A DNA stretch of 64,000 bases from Gemmatimonadota bacterium. Lineage in GTDB: Bacteria; Gemmatimonadota; Gemmatimonadetes; Gemmatimonadales; GWC2-71-9. The notes under the pieces were generated by a model. It had not been told where the DNA came from, searched no databases, and worked only from the letters and a program-made list of their open reading frames with translations. Positions 27,495 through 37,736 of the stretch are shown piece by piece; position 1 is the first letter of the stretch, and each line of letters opens with the position of its first letter. The stretch spans positions 39-64,038 of the forward strand of contig JBDHDH010000013.1 of assembly GCA_039591615.1 (NCBI GenBank), in the 5' to 3' direction. Position numbers and translations under genes: made by a program.

Positions 27495-27964
27495 AGAAGG
27501 GCATCGAGTCTCTCGGGCGCATACGGGTACAGGGGGCCGTCCTCCTCGCGGTGGCGTTCCTCGTGGGAGTGCTGGCCGGCGTGGCCGGCGATCGCGCGGT
27601 CCTCCAGCGGGGAACCGAGCCACCACCTCTTGGACCACCTCGCGCCGGCCGGGGGTTTCTGCCGCCGCCGCTGGAACGCCTGGACCTGAGCGCGGAGCAG
27701 CGTCGACAGATCACAGATATCCTGGAGCGCCGGCGGCCACGCACCGACTCCGTATTGGAAGAGGCCCTGCCTCAGCTTCGCTCCATCATGGACTCGATCC
27801 GGGAGGAACTTCGGAACGTTCTGACGCCCGAGCAGCGGGAGCGCCTCGGCCGCGATTCGCCAAGGCTCCTCGGACCCCGTGGGATGCGGAGACGTCCCGG
27901 ACCGAGGGGTCGGCGACCGGAAGAGTTCTCGGACACGCCACCCAGAGGCCGGACTCCACCGTAA
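27491..27964 (+). CDS. periplasmic LTXXQ-motif protein (Spy/CpxP / heavy-metal-sensor family)
   Basis: ATGA overlap start (MKKGIESLGRIRVQGAVLLAVAFLVG), followed by LSAEQRRQI and LTPEQRERL motifs. Confidence 0.7.
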   Translation: MKKGIESLGRIRVQGAVLLAVAFLVGVLAGVAGDRAVLQRGTEPPPLGPPRAGRGFLPPPLERLDLSAEQRRQITDILERRRPRTDSVLEEALPQLRSIMDSIREELRNVLTPEQRERLGRDSPRLLGPRGMRRRPGPRGRRPEEFSDTPPRGRTPP

Positions 27965-28106
27965 GTCGGCCATAAACCGGCAAACGAGGTGACCAACGGC
28001 CGGAGCCACGCGGTCCCGGCGGAGCTTCGCGGTATGGTTACATTGCGGTGCGCTGGGAAACCCACTGCGACTTAACCACGTAGAGGGACTAGCTCGCCAA
28101 TCTCCG

Positions 28107-28631
28107 ATGCGCAAACACCTGGCCCGAGCACTCGTGATCGTCCTGATGCTGGCGATCATCGTGACCCTGGTGTCGATCACACTGGGGCGGGAACTCATGG
28201 CCGGCCGCCAGCCGACCCTCGAATCGTTTTCGCTCATCCACTTCGGGGGATACCTCTTTTTCCTGGTGATGCCAGTGGAGATTCTCGTCCCGTATTACCT
28301 CGCCGAGGGGCATCAGGCAGGGGTGCTGGTGTTCGTCGCCATCGCGACTGCCATGGCCGCACAACTCATTGACTACGGGATCGGTTACTTGTTGAGCGAC
28401 CGGGTCATCAACACGTTGGTTGGGCCAAAGCGGTACGCCCGCGCCCGGCACGCAATCAATGACTATGGGCGATGGGCGGTCCTCCTGTTCACCCTCCTTC
28501 CGCTGTCCTCCCCTACGCTACTCCTCGCGGCCGGAATCGTGCGGTTTCGGCTCGGTCTGGCGGTCACCTACAGTCTCGTGGGGCTGAGCCTCAAGTACGT
28601 CGCCATCGTCTATCTCTTCAACGTCCGGTAA
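28107..28631 (+). CDS. YqaA/DedA-like (VTT/SNARE-associated domain) membrane protein
   Basis: 174 aa with 4-5 TM helices. The LIDYGIGYLLS...LLFTLLPLSSPTLLLAAG pattern fits the family. Confidence 0.6.
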   Translation: MRKHLARALVIVLMLAIIVTLVSITLGRELMAGRQPTLESFSLIHFGGYLFFLVMPVEILVPYYLAEGHQAGVLVFVAIATAMAAQLIDYGIGYLLSDRVINTLVGPKRYARARHAINDYGRWAVLLFTLLPLSSPTLLLAAGIVRFRLGLAVTYSLVGLSLKYVAIVYLFNVR

Positions 28632-28757
28632 GATCATCGGTTCCTCGGGTAGTGGAGCCGTCATTCTGCGAACGGGCCCTCGCCACGCGCTCGCAGCTCG
28701 GATCGAGAACCAGCCACCGAGGACGCGCGCCACGTCATGGCTGGTTGCGACGCCGCG

Positions 28758-29636
28758 TTAGGTACGACCTGACGCGAGCGCCTCGGCCCTGCGCACCAGG
28801 TTCGGGGCCTCCAAGAACTCACAGGTCCGTTCGAACGCCGGTGTGGGGCCGGACCACACGAGGTCATGCACGGCTGGGCTCACGGGTGCCGTGACATCGA
28901 GGATTGCCAACCGGCGGAACAAGAAGGCCAAGTCCCGTTGCGCAAGCAACGTCGCCGCGAGCCTCGCAGCGCCGCGTACGTCGACATCCCATTCAGCCCG
29001 ATCCTGAGGGATGTCCTCCAGGTGACGATATCGCGCCAAGACTGCTGACGCCGACTTCGCACCCCACCCTTTGAGTCCCGGATACCCGTCTGCGCTGTCA
29101 CCAACGAGGGCCAGATAGTCCGGAATGGATTGCGGCTCGACACCGAACTTGGCCCGGACGCCCGCCGCATCGACAACCTGACGCTTCCGTCGATCGAATT
29201 GCACCACGCGGTCGTCCACGACGCACTGTGCGAGATCCTTGTCTGGGGTACAAATGAAGACACGATCAACCCGCTCGTCGGCGGCTGCCATCGCCGCGCC
29301 GGCTGCGAGTGCGTCATCCGCCTCGAACTCAATCATAGCCCAGACCACAACTCCCATCGCCGCCAGGGCGTCCTCGAGAGGCTCGAACTGGGATCGGAGA
29401 TCTTCCTCGATTCCGGAGCCGTCCTTATAGCCCTCCCAAAGATCGTTCCGAAACGACTCGATCACATGGTCGGTGGCGACGGCCACGTGGGTGGCTCCAC
29501 CATTCAGAAGACCAAGCACAGACTCGAGCACGCCGCGCGTCGCAGCCACCTCCCGACCGACCGCGTTCAGGTAACTAGGGAGGCCGTAGTAGTGACGAAA
29601 GAGTTCGTATGTGCCGTCGAGGAGATGGACGTTCAA
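28758..29636 (-). CDS. 5'-3' exonuclease / flap endonuclease (PIN + H3TH)
   Basis: MNVHLLDGTYELFRHYY, ATDHVIESFRNDLWEGYK, FEADDALA, TPDKDLAQ, IPDYLALVGDSADGYPG. Confidence 0.85.
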   Translation of the reverse strand: MNVHLLDGTYELFRHYYGLPSYLNAVGREVAATRGVLESVLGLLNGGATHVAVATDHVIESFRNDLWEGYKDGSGIEEDLRSQFEPLEDALAAMGVVVWAMIEFEADDALAAGAAMAAADERVDRVFICTPDKDLAQCVVDDRVVQFDRRKRQVVDAAGVRAKFGVEPQSIPDYLALVGDSADGYPGLKGWGAKSASAVLARYRHLEDIPQDRAEWDVDVRGAARLAATLLAQRDLAFLFRRLAILDVTAPVSPAVHDLVWSGPTPAFERTCEFLEAPNLVRRAEALASGRT

Positions 29637-29850
29637 CCCGATACCCTGTTGCCTGTCGACTCAGAGGCCCGCCAACGCGGTGTTGCATGTTCGCATGGTG
29701 CGCGAAGGTCGACTGGAGTGTGTTGTCTGTCGGCCGTCATCCTTCGGCGCCGTCTCGAGGAGAGTGCGGAAGGGCGCAACCGAGGAGCCAGGTCAAGCAT
29801 AAGGAAATGCGCGGATATGGCAATCGAGCACCTCTGAGCAACGGCAGCCA

Positions 29851-31260
29851 TCACAGGTCCTCCGCGGCCATCTTGATTCGCTCCCATGCCTTCTCGACGT
29901 GCTCCCGCTTCGTCTTCGCCTGTCCCACCACGAGGCGCAACGCCACTCGCTCGCGGATCCGTGCATGGGTGAGATAGATGTGGCCAGAGGCATTCACGCG
30001 GTCCATGATGGCCTGATTGGCCGAGTCACCGCCTCTGTGTTTGAAGCAAATCAAATTGAGATGTACCGGTGTCGCGAGTTCGAAATCCGGATCCAACTCG
30101 ACCCACTCCGCGAAGGCTTGAGCAAGGCTCACATGCTCGCGAACCATCGCGCGAAGCCCCTGCACACCGTACCACCTGATGACCAACCACAGCTTGAGCG
30201 CGCGGAACCGCCGCCCGAGGGGAATCTGCCAGTCGCGGTAATCGATGACCGCACCCGAAGCGGTGGCTTCGTTCTTGAGATATTCAGGGAGGATGCTGAC
30301 CGCGTTGATCAGCGCTGCCCGATCGGCAACGAACAGAGCGCTGCAATCGAAGTTCGTCAGCATCCATTTGTGGGGGTTGAAGTTGTAACTATCGGCGAGC
30401 TCCAAGCCATCGTGCATCGAGCGGTACTCCGGACAGACGGCAGCCGTTCCTGCCATGGCGGCGTCCACGTGCAGCCACACGCCCTGCTCCCGACACACCT
30501 CACCGATCGCCCGCAACGGGTCGAAAGCCATCGACGAGGTCGTTCCCACCGTGGCGCAAACGAAACAGGGCACCGCACCGGCAGCACGGTCGCGCGTCAT
30601 CCTTTCCGCCAGGCGCTCGGGACGCATGGCAAGGACGTCATCGACAGCGATGAGGCGCAGGTTATCGCTTCCGAGTCCGGCGATCTTCACCGCTTTCTCG
30701 ATGGAGGAATGGCCCTGGGATGACGTGTACGCGGTGAGCGTCCCGTCGGTGCCGGTGGCGTTGCTGCGACCACCCGTGACCCGCTCGCGGGCGGCCAAGA
30801 GTGCGCAGAGCACTCCGCTGCTAGCGGTATCCTGAATGACGCCGCCTCCGGAGCCCGTCGAGAGAAACCGGTCGGGGAGACCCAACATAGGGACGAGCCA
30901 ATCCAGCATGAGGGCCTCCAACTCGGTACATGCGGGACTGGTTGCCCAGAGCATCCCCTGCACGCCGAGGCCGGCGGAGAGCAACTCGCCAAGGATCGAT
31001 GGCCCCGAGTTGTTCGCTGGGAAAAAGGCGAAGAAGGTGGGGGACTGCCAGTGGGTTATGCCCGGCATGATGACGCGATCCAGGTCATGTATGACGGCTT
31101 CGAGCGATTCACCTTGGGTAGGCGGCTCGGCTGGGAGCTTCGACCGGATCTCCCCTGGCCCCACCTGAGACAGGACCGGGTAGGCCTCGACCCGCTCCAT
31201 GTACTTCGCGATCCATTCCACCACCAGGTGTCCACCTTCGCGAAACTCATCAGGAGTCAT
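29851..31260 (-). CDS. pyridoxal-dependent aromatic-L-amino-acid/group II decarboxylase
   Basis: Start at ATG 31260 (MTPDEFREGGHLVVEWIAKYM). Motifs HWQSPTFFAFFP and the PLP-lysine motif NFNPHKW. About 469 aa. Confidence 0.85.
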   Translation of the reverse strand: MTPDEFREGGHLVVEWIAKYMERVEAYPVLSQVGPGEIRSKLPAEPPTQGESLEAVIHDLDRVIMPGITHWQSPTFFAFFPANNSGPSILGELLSAGLGVQGMLWATSPACTELEALMLDWLVPMLGLPDRFLSTGSGGGVIQDTASSGVLCALLAARERVTGGRSNATGTDGTLTAYTSSQGHSSIEKAVKIAGLGSDNLRLIAVDDVLAMRPERLAERMTRDRAAGAVPCFVCATVGTTSSMAFDPLRAIGEVCREQGVWLHVDAAMAGTAAVCPEYRSMHDGLELADSYNFNPHKWMLTNFDCSALFVADRAALINAVSILPEYLKNEATASGAVIDYRDWQIPLGRRFRALKLWLVIRWYGVQGLRAMVREHVSLAQAFAEWVELDPDFELATPVHLNLICFKHRGGDSANQAIMDRVNASGHIYLTHARIRERVALRLVVGQAKTKREHVEKAWERIKMAAEDL

Positions 31261-31532
31261 CGTGCCGATTTCCTCTCTATCTGGTATGCCCCTCTCATTG
31301 GCCAGGCGTCCGACGGGCGGGCGAGGGTATCTGTAGTAAAGGTCTTGGGATTCGAGAGGAGTTGGAAGTGCCGGTCGCGGGGTTGAGAGATTTCGGCGGC
31401 GTGCACCACGCCTGAGTAACGATCTCGAGTCGGGGTCATCAACCAGCGACCCAGCACGGTGTTCGCTCGCTGCTCGCCCACGGGATGGCCATGGAGATCG
31501 ACAAACTCGCATTCACGCAGGCTAGATTATCT

Positions 31533-31551
31533 TTGACTGCAACGCAGTCAA
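31533..31551. promoter_or_regulatory. perfect 8+8 inverted repeat TTGACTGC-AAC-GCAGTCAA in a divergent promoter region
   Basis: Seen directly, 78 nt upstream of the rhodanese start. It is statistically modest: roughly 10 such repeats are expected by chance per window once spacer length is left free. Confidence 0.3.
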
Positions 31552-31628
31552 CTATGGCGAGCGGGGGTGAAGGACGGTACACGGGAGCGGTCTTCGGCCT
31601 TTGTACCCGCTGGCATCGGGAGGTACGT

Positions 31629-32573
31629 ATGCGCGGTTTGCGGACGGTACCGCTTCTCATTCTCATCGCTGTGATCGTGGCCGTTGCAGCCATTATCCTC
31701 AGCCGCGTGGGTGTCAAGCGTGGACCCGACGCAGTCGAGGAATGGGGTCACCTCGTATCGACGGCTTGGTTGGCTGACCACCTGGACGATGCCGACGTCG
31801 TCGCGCTCCACGTCGGTCGCGACTCGACTGCCTACCTGACCGGTCACATTCCCGGGGCTCGCTTTCTCCCCATCGCACGCTTCGTGGTAGAGCGCGATGG
31901 GCTGCCGAACGAACTCCCTGCGGTGGACGACCTGGTAGCCCTGTTCGAGTCTCTCGGCATTTCGAACGACTCCCGCGTGGTTCTCTATGGGGATTACCGC
32001 GGTCTCTGGGCTTCTCGGGTGTTCTTCACCTTTGACTACTTGGGGCTGGGCGAGCGAACCGCCCTCGTGAACGGTGGGCTCGAGGCTTGGCGTGCCGAGG
32101 ACCGGCCCGTCACCAGCGAGCTCCCAGTCGTGAGCGCCGGCCGGCTCTCCGTTACCCCTCGACCCGAGCTCGTAGTCGGTGGCGAGTGGGTCTACGAACG
32201 CCTCGGCGCCGCCGGAATCAAGCTACTGGACGCCCGCCCGGTCGAACACTATCGAGGCGACGAATCGGGCAGAGAAATCGAGCGGCCGGGCCACGTGCCC
32301 GGCGCCGTCAGCCTCCATTGGGAGGAGACGGTCGGGAGCCGGGAGCGCCCCGTGCTCCTCGACCTCGAGACAATCCGCCGGATGTACCGCGAGCGGGGAA
32401 TCGTCGAGGGGGACACCATCGTCACCTACTGCCGGACGGGGATTCAGGCGAGCCACGCCTATTTCGTCGCCAGGCTGCTGGGCCATCCTCTCAAGCTCTA
32501 CGATGCGTCGTATCTCGAGTGGAGCAACCTCACGGACTACGCGGTAGAGACCGGAATGACGAATGATGAATGA
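31629..32573 (+). CDS. tandem-rhodanese thiosulfate/3-mercaptopyruvate sulfurtransferase
   Basis: Start at ATG 31629 (signal/TM MRGLRTVPLLILIAVIVAV). It has two rhodanese domains, with the active-site loop YCRTGIQASHAY. Confidence 0.8.
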   Translation: MRGLRTVPLLILIAVIVAVAAIILSRVGVKRGPDAVEEWGHLVSTAWLADHLDDADVVALHVGRDSTAYLTGHIPGARFLPIARFVVERDGLPNELPAVDDLVALFESLGISNDSRVVLYGDYRGLWASRVFFTFDYLGLGERTALVNGGLEAWRAEDRPVTSELPVVSAGRLSVTPRPELVVGGEWVYERLGAAGIKLLDARPVEHYRGDESGREIERPGHVPGAVSLHWEETVGSRERPVLLDLETIRRMYRERGIVEGDTIVTYCRTGIQASHAYFVARLLGHPLKLYDASYLEWSNLTDYAVETGMTNDE

Positions 32574-32588
32574 CGAATGCCGACCGAC
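32554..32588. repeat. heptanucleotide tandem repeat GAATGAC/GAATGAT x4-5 spanning the rhodanese stop codon
   Basis: gaatgac gaatgat gaatgac gaatgcc gaccgac. Three TGAs lie 7 nt apart, and the third is the real stop (32571-32573). Confidence 0.85.
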
Positions 32589-32645
32589 CGAACGGGGCGG
32601 CTCGCACGGTCGAATGGCGATCGGCACAGCCTCTATCAATGATCC

Positions 32646-32708
32646 TTCAGCATTGGTATTTCAGCATTGCTGATTCAGCAGTCGTGATTCAAGCCTCGGT
32701 GTTCGAGG
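32646..32708. repeat. 14-nt-period degenerate tandem repeat (TTCAGCAnnGnnnn) x5
   Basis: TTCAGCA at 32646, 32660 and 32674, TTCAAGC at 32688 and TTCGAGG at 32702, with exact 14-nt spacing. Confidence 0.8.
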
Positions 32709-32873
32709 ACCCGGTACCTGTCAGCTGAACCAAGGCATGCCGCCCAGCACACCGAGCGCCCAAAACCGACCTCTCTCCTACACGATGTCCCAGCGGCGGT
32801 CCTTCGGAGGAAGAGCCGACCGAAGCAGGACTGCTGGGCACCACGCACCACGCAGAGCTTCCCGAACACCACT

Positions 32874-33863
32874 TTGCGATTGGAGAACCCCGTGCCCAGG
32901 AAAGCCGGCAAGGAAACCGCGAAGCGTCCCCGCAAGAAAAAGAAAGAAGCTCTACCGCAGTCACGCGGACTGCCTGCCCGGCGGCTGACCACCGCGACGC
33001 CGACTGCAACCGTCGAACGGCTCGTGGAAGCCATCGAAGACGATGGCGGGTCGGTCGTCGGCGCCTATCGCGATCCGCTGGGCGGCAACTGGCAGATCCT
33101 CGCTGGGCTCCCCGTCGATCGCGTACTGCCAACGCCCTTTCAGCGTGACGTGTCGCCCGCTCATGCGGCACGCCTGGGAGATGCTATCGAACGCCTCGAT
33201 CGCTTCCTGGACCCTCTGATCGCGGTGCGGACCGACGAGGGGACGTACTGGGTGCCAAACGGCGCGCATCGCCTCGCTGCCATGAAGCAGCTTGGCGCCA
33301 AGGCGGTCGTGGCACTCGTAGTTCCCGAGCGCGAGGTCGCCTATCGCATTCTGGCCCTCAACACCGAGAAGGCGCACAACCTTCGGGAACGCGCCCTCGA
33401 GGTTACGCGCATGGCCCAGGGACTTGCGGAGCTCGATGATCGCCCGGAGCGCGAGTTCGCGACGGAATTCGAGGATCCGGCCCTGCTGACCTTGGGGTTT
33501 TGTTACGAGGAGCGAGGACGCTTCTCAGGCGGTGTCTACCACTCGGTGGTGAAGCGGGTGGAGACGTTTTCCGGCGCGAGACTCTCCAAGGCACTCCTCA
33601 CTCGTCGGGAGCGAGCCGCACGCGTCCTCGAGCTCGACGAGGCGGTGAATGCAGTCGTCAACGAGCTCAAGGAGCGCGGATTCAAGAGCCCTTACCTCAA
33701 GGCGTTCGTCGTGGCTCGGGTGAATCCACTGCGATTCAAGCGAGGCGCGAAAGCCGAATTCCACGAGACGCTCGATAAGATGCTTGGCTCGGTGAGACGG
33801 TTCGACCCCGGTAAGGTGAGGGTCGACCAACTAGCGGGTGCCGGAGGCCCGCCGGACGAATGA
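32874..33863 (+). CDS. ParB/sulfiredoxin-like N-terminal (nuclease-like) domain protein with a polybasic N-terminus
   Basis: PTPFQRDVSPAHAARLGDAIE...YWVPNGAHRLAAMKQLG resembles the ParB/DndB (DGQHR-type) core. The N-terminus is PRKAGKETAKRPRKKKKE. The track start is TTG, so the true start is uncertain. Confidence 0.6.
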   Translation: MRLENPVPRKAGKETAKRPRKKKKEALPQSRGLPARRLTTATPTATVERLVEAIEDDGGSVVGAYRDPLGGNWQILAGLPVDRVLPTPFQRDVSPAHAARLGDAIERLDRFLDPLIAVRTDEGTYWVPNGAHRLAAMKQLGAKAVVALVVPEREVAYRILALNTEKAHNLRERALEVTRMAQGLAELDDRPEREFATEFEDPALLTLGFCYEERGRFSGGVYHSVVKRVETFSGARLSKALLTRRERAARVLELDEAVNAVVNELKERGFKSPYLKAFVVARVNPLRFKRGAKAEFHETLDKMLGSVRRFDPGKVRVDQLAGAGGPPDE

Positions 33864-34073
33864 CCAGATTGATCCCTGCAAAGCCTTGCACGGCACTGCA
33901 GAATTCCGCGGGCAGCCTCGTGCAGGGCAATCTTGCTCCAGCGCGTAAGCCAAGTTGGCATCCTGCCTGATATTGCCTGTCAGCCTTCTGATGCCGAGGC
34001 AAACATCGACGCCCGACCGTCGACTAAGGGTTGCGGTCGGCCCAGGGTACTCGGATTGGGTGTCGTGAGGACG

Positions 34074-34223
34074 TTACAGCGCCCCCGCCGCTCGCCACTC
34101 GTCGGGACGCCGACTCAGTCGAGGCCGACGTGCTCTCGCGAGTCGCCTCCGTGGCATGGAAGCCACGATGAGTGTGGCGCCGACCGCGCCAAGGGCCAAG
34201 ACGGCAAGTGGGAACCATCGCAT
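34074..34223 (-). CDS. possible small membrane protein (49 aa)
   Basis: ATG at 34223 is preceded by GAGGAG 6 nt upstream. The product MRWFPLAVLALGAVGATLIVASMPRRRLARARR... is one TM helix plus a basic tail. There is no homology support. Confidence 0.3.
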   Translation of the reverse strand: MRWFPLAVLALGAVGATLIVASMPRRRLARARRPRLSRRPDEWRAAGAL

Positions 34224-34386
34224 AGAATGCTCCTCTGACATCAGCCTTCTTCCCAACCGCCACCCGTTCCAGCCACGCGAGTCGCGGCATCCACCACCTC
34301 GGACCACCTGCAACTCCAGTGCCCACGTTTCGTGGACCTGCGTGCCAGAGGAAACGCTTTGACAGGTTACGCTTCAACAGCCCAGC

Positions 34387-35430
<1,044 letters not shown>

Positions 35431-35534
35431 TCAGTGCGATGGGAGGATATGTCGCAGGTGGCGTGTTGGCAATCGGCATCCAAGAGCAGCGAAAGACTGT
35501 CTAGATTGCTGCGAACGAGACACGGGACTCTGAG

Positions 35535-37580
35535 ATGATCCGACGCGCGAAGGCCTACTTCAGGCGCTTCAACAGCCGGTTTCGCCAGGCCGATCAGATC
35601 TATATGGTCCTGGCAGCCCTCGTCATCGGTCTCGTTGGAGGACTGGCGGCTGTCGCGTTTCGGCTCCTCATCGGCGGCGTGTCCCACTTGGGCTGGCGAA
35701 ACTCGGCCTATACCGTCGAGTATCTGGCAGGTCTCCCGGCGTGGTGGAAGGTGTTAGTACCAGCGGTGGGTGGGCTCGTCGTCGGACTCATCACCTATCG
35801 GTTCGCCCGGGAGGCCAGGGGACACGGCGTCCCCGAGGTCATGGAAGCAGTGGCCCTCCGAGGCGGGCGTATTCGCCCACGGGTCGTCGTCGCCAAGTTG
35901 TTTGCCTCCGGCATCTCCATCGGATCGGGTGGGTCCGTCGGCCGCGAGGGACCCATTGTCCAGATCGGGTCTGCCCTCGGCTCGACTCTCGGCCAGTGGC
36001 TTCGCGTAGACCATCGCCGACTCAAGACCCTGGTGGGGTGCGGCGCAGCTGCGGGGATCGCCGGCACCTTCAATGCACCGGTAGCCGGAGCCCTGTTTGC
36101 CGTCGAGGTCATCCTCGGAGACTTCGGTGTCTCCCAGTTCTCGCCCATCGTCATCTCGTCGGTGGCGGCGACGGTCGTTAGTCACCGCTTCTTGGGAGAT
36201 TTCCCGGCCTTTCAAGTACCGCTCTACAGCTTGGAGCACCCGCTCGAGCTGTTCGCGTACGCGGGGCTCGGGATTCTTGCGGCGCTCGTCGCGATACTTT
36301 TCATCCGCTCTCTCTACGCGAGCGAGGACTTGTTCGACCGGCTCGCGCTCGCCCAACCCTTGAAGCCGATGATCGGAGGAGTGCTCATCGGCCTCGTAGG
36401 TATCGGAGTACCCCACATCTTTGGCGTCGGGTACGATGCCATCACCCAGGCGTTGAATGGGGCCATCACCTGGCAGCTGCTGGTAATCCTCGTGGTCTTC
36501 AAGATCGTGGCGGTCTCCATCACTATCGGCTCAGGGGGCTCGGGTGGTGTGTTTGCGCCTTCACTCTTCATCGGCGCGATGCTGGGGGGCGCGGTCGGCA
36601 CACTAGTCCATTCAGTTTGGCCTCTGGCAACCGGAGGGGCTGGCGCGTACGCCCTCGTCGGAATGGGGGCGGTTGTCGCGGCGGGAACCCACGCACCCAT
36701 CACCGCCATCTTGATCATCTTCGAGCTCACAGGCGATTACGAGATTATCCTCCCGCTCATGATCAGCTGCATCATCGCCACGCTACTGGCTACGCGCATG
36801 CAGCCAGCCTCCATTTACACCCTCAAGCTGTTGCGTCGCGGCACCGATATCTACCGCGGACGCGCCGTCAACGTGCTGCAACCAGTTCCCGTGCGGGAGG
36901 TGATGCAGACCGATGTGGTCACCGTCTCCCCCGGCGATGGTCTGATATCCCTCATTGCGAAGTTCATCCACGAGCCGGGAGGGACCATCTTTGTCACGGA
37001 GAGCGGCGAACGCTTGGAAGGGATCATCACAGCCGATCAGATCACGCCCATCATGCAACATGCGGCAACGCTCGATCCGTTACTCATCGCAGCGGACATC
37101 ATGGTGGCGAGTGGCGTCCCAATCGTAGCCCCGGACGACTCCTTGGCAGACGTCATGAAGGTCCTGGGCGCACATCGTGGCGGGATCCCTGTGGCCGAAG
37201 CGGGGAGGCTCGTTGGCGTGATCTGGCCCGAGCACGTCATCGAGCGCTATAACACGGAGGTGTTCAAGCGCGACATGGCGAGCAGTATGGTCTCCGCGGT
37301 GACCGCTGAAAGCCCGCTGAGCACCGTCCCGGCCGTGGGGGATTCGGTCGTGGCGGAAGTTCCCGTACCCGCCGCGTTTGTCGGAAAGACGATCCGTGCG
37401 CTGAACATTCGCCAGCGCTTTGGGGTGAGCATCCTGATGGTGAAGCACCGCGCCGAGCGCGGCCGCGGAGGCTTGAACGCGAGCCCGGATCCCGAGTACC
37501 GGTTTCAGCGTGACGATCTCCTGCTGGTACTCGGACCGCAGGACGGCGTGCGGGACCTGAAGCGGGCCAGCGCGATCTGA
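35535..37580 (+). CDS. ClC-family voltage-gated chloride channel/antiporter with C-terminal CBS pair and TrkA-C (RCK_C) domain
   Basis: GHGVPEV, GREGPIVQIG, GVFAPSLFIGA. A CBS region follows (VMQTDVVTVSP...) and then a TrkA_C-like tail (VAEVPVPAAFVGKTIRALNIRQRFGVSILMV). Confidence 0.85.
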   Translation: MIRRAKAYFRRFNSRFRQADQIYMVLAALVIGLVGGLAAVAFRLLIGGVSHLGWRNSAYTVEYLAGLPAWWKVLVPAVGGLVVGLITYRFAREARGHGVPEVMEAVALRGGRIRPRVVVAKLFASGISIGSGGSVGREGPIVQIGSALGSTLGQWLRVDHRRLKTLVGCGAAAGIAGTFNAPVAGALFAVEVILGDFGVSQFSPIVISSVAATVVSHRFLGDFPAFQVPLYSLEHPLELFAYAGLGILAALVAILFIRSLYASEDLFDRLALAQPLKPMIGGVLIGLVGIGVPHIFGVGYDAITQALNGAITWQLLVILVVFKIVAVSITIGSGGSGGVFAPSLFIGAMLGGAVGTLVHSVWPLATGGAGAYALVGMGAVVAAGTHAPITAILIIFELTGDYEIILPLMISCIIATLLATRMQPASIYTLKLLRRGTDIYRGRAVNVLQPVPVREVMQTDVVTVSPGDGLISLIAKFIHEPGGTIFVTESGERLEGIITADQITPIMQHAATLDPLLIAADIMVASGVPIVAPDDSLADVMKVLGAHRGGIPVAEAGRLVGVIWPEHVIERYNTEVFKRDMASSMVSAVTAESPLSTVPAVGDSVVAEVPVPAAFVGKTIRALNIRQRFGVSILMVKHRAERGRGGLNASPDPEYRFQRDDLLLVLGPQDGVRDLKRASAI

Positions 37581-37736
37581 AGCTTCGGGTCTCTATTCTC
37601 CCGACCGGCCGTCCCACCCCGTGTGGTCGCAGGTTACCGTCTGCACGCTCAACGGGTTCGCCCTGATGATGAGAACTGAACGAAATGGAGACCGGGACAG
37701 TGGTCAGCGATCGCTACGATACAACGTGAATCGACG

